A stretch of 64,000 nucleotides of DNA from an uncultured Acidobacteriota bacterium (GTDB taxonomy: Bacteria > Acidobacteriota > JAQAZP01): contig CAWIIB010000009.1 in the NCBI GenBank assembly GCA_963836075.1, positions 576,001-640,000 on the forward strand. The letters run 5' to 3'. How positions within the stretch are numbered: position 1 is the first letter of the stretch; every line of letters begins with the position of its first letter. Below the pieces are notes generated by a model that worked only from the letters and a program-made list of their open reading frames with translations, was not told the origin of the DNA and searched no databases. The position numbers and the translations under genes are program-made. This document shows, piece by piece, positions 63,653 to 64,000 of this stretch.

Positions 63653-64000
63653 ATGAGAATTCGATATCTGATCGCGTTCCTGCTGGTTGTCGGCCTGGGC
63701 GCCACCGGCGCAATGGCCGCCAGTTACACCGTCTACCCCACGGTGGAGACCAACGGCACCGGTTACACCACTTACGATGCCAAGACCGGCGGCACCGTGC
63801 TGGCCTGGGGCGGGGTCTCCACCGGCACGGTGAGAAAAGAAAACGGCTACTTCAAATTTGACATCGCCTCGGTGCCCGACGCCACCGCGCCCACCAAGGT
63901 GGAATTCCACTTCTACGTCAACGCCACCAATTATCCCTGGTACAGCGTCACCCCGCTGTCCATCGACCCCAACGCGTTCAGTTCCACCGCGGCCATGGTC
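63653..64000 (+). CDS. Partial exported protein (runs off the window)
   Basis: RBS aggag; signal peptide MRIRYLIAFLLVVGLGATGAMA; GYFKFDI.SVP segment resembles DNRLRE-type domains. Confidence 0.7.
   Translation, partial: MRIRYLIAFLLVVGLGATGAMAASYTVYPTVETNGTGYTTYDAKTGGTVLAWGGVSTGTVRKENGYFKFDIASVPDATAPTKVEFHFYVNATNYPWYSVTPLSIDPNAFSSTAAMV

Overview
The window has two parts. Bases 1-28.8 kb are the distal end of a large chromosomal integron cassette array that looks AT-richer than the rest. It has about 39 attC sites (23 copies of a ~115 bp family A, 9 copies of a ~148 bp family B, and several foreign or degenerate sites). All cassettes are on the + strand and no integrase gene lies in the window. 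About 11 cassettes carry toxin-antitoxin pairs with their own promoters. Most others encode small exported or membrane proteins, and an IS30 sits in one attC R'' box. Bases 28.8-64 kb are GC-rich core chromosome, with gene content suggestive of Acidobacteriota (inference). It holds a Ser/Thr kinase-propeller protein, cyoE, a giant hybrid sensor kinase, acnA, fumC, ndh, maeB, an ABC-2/HlyD/TolC exporter, a partial GAK-type locus (His-phosphatase, two amphi-Trp proteins, PhoU-kinase) and aceA-aminotransferase-aceB. The main leads are: a mini IS110 inside a REP-like palindrome with a candidate bridge RNA; length-locked but hypervariable attC loops; six +1 frameshifts that all fall at GTAC (probable methylation-linked sequencing artefact); leaderless toxin-first TA cassettes; and a candidate small-protein/nucleotidyltransferase TA pair. 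All coordinates and counts are manual.
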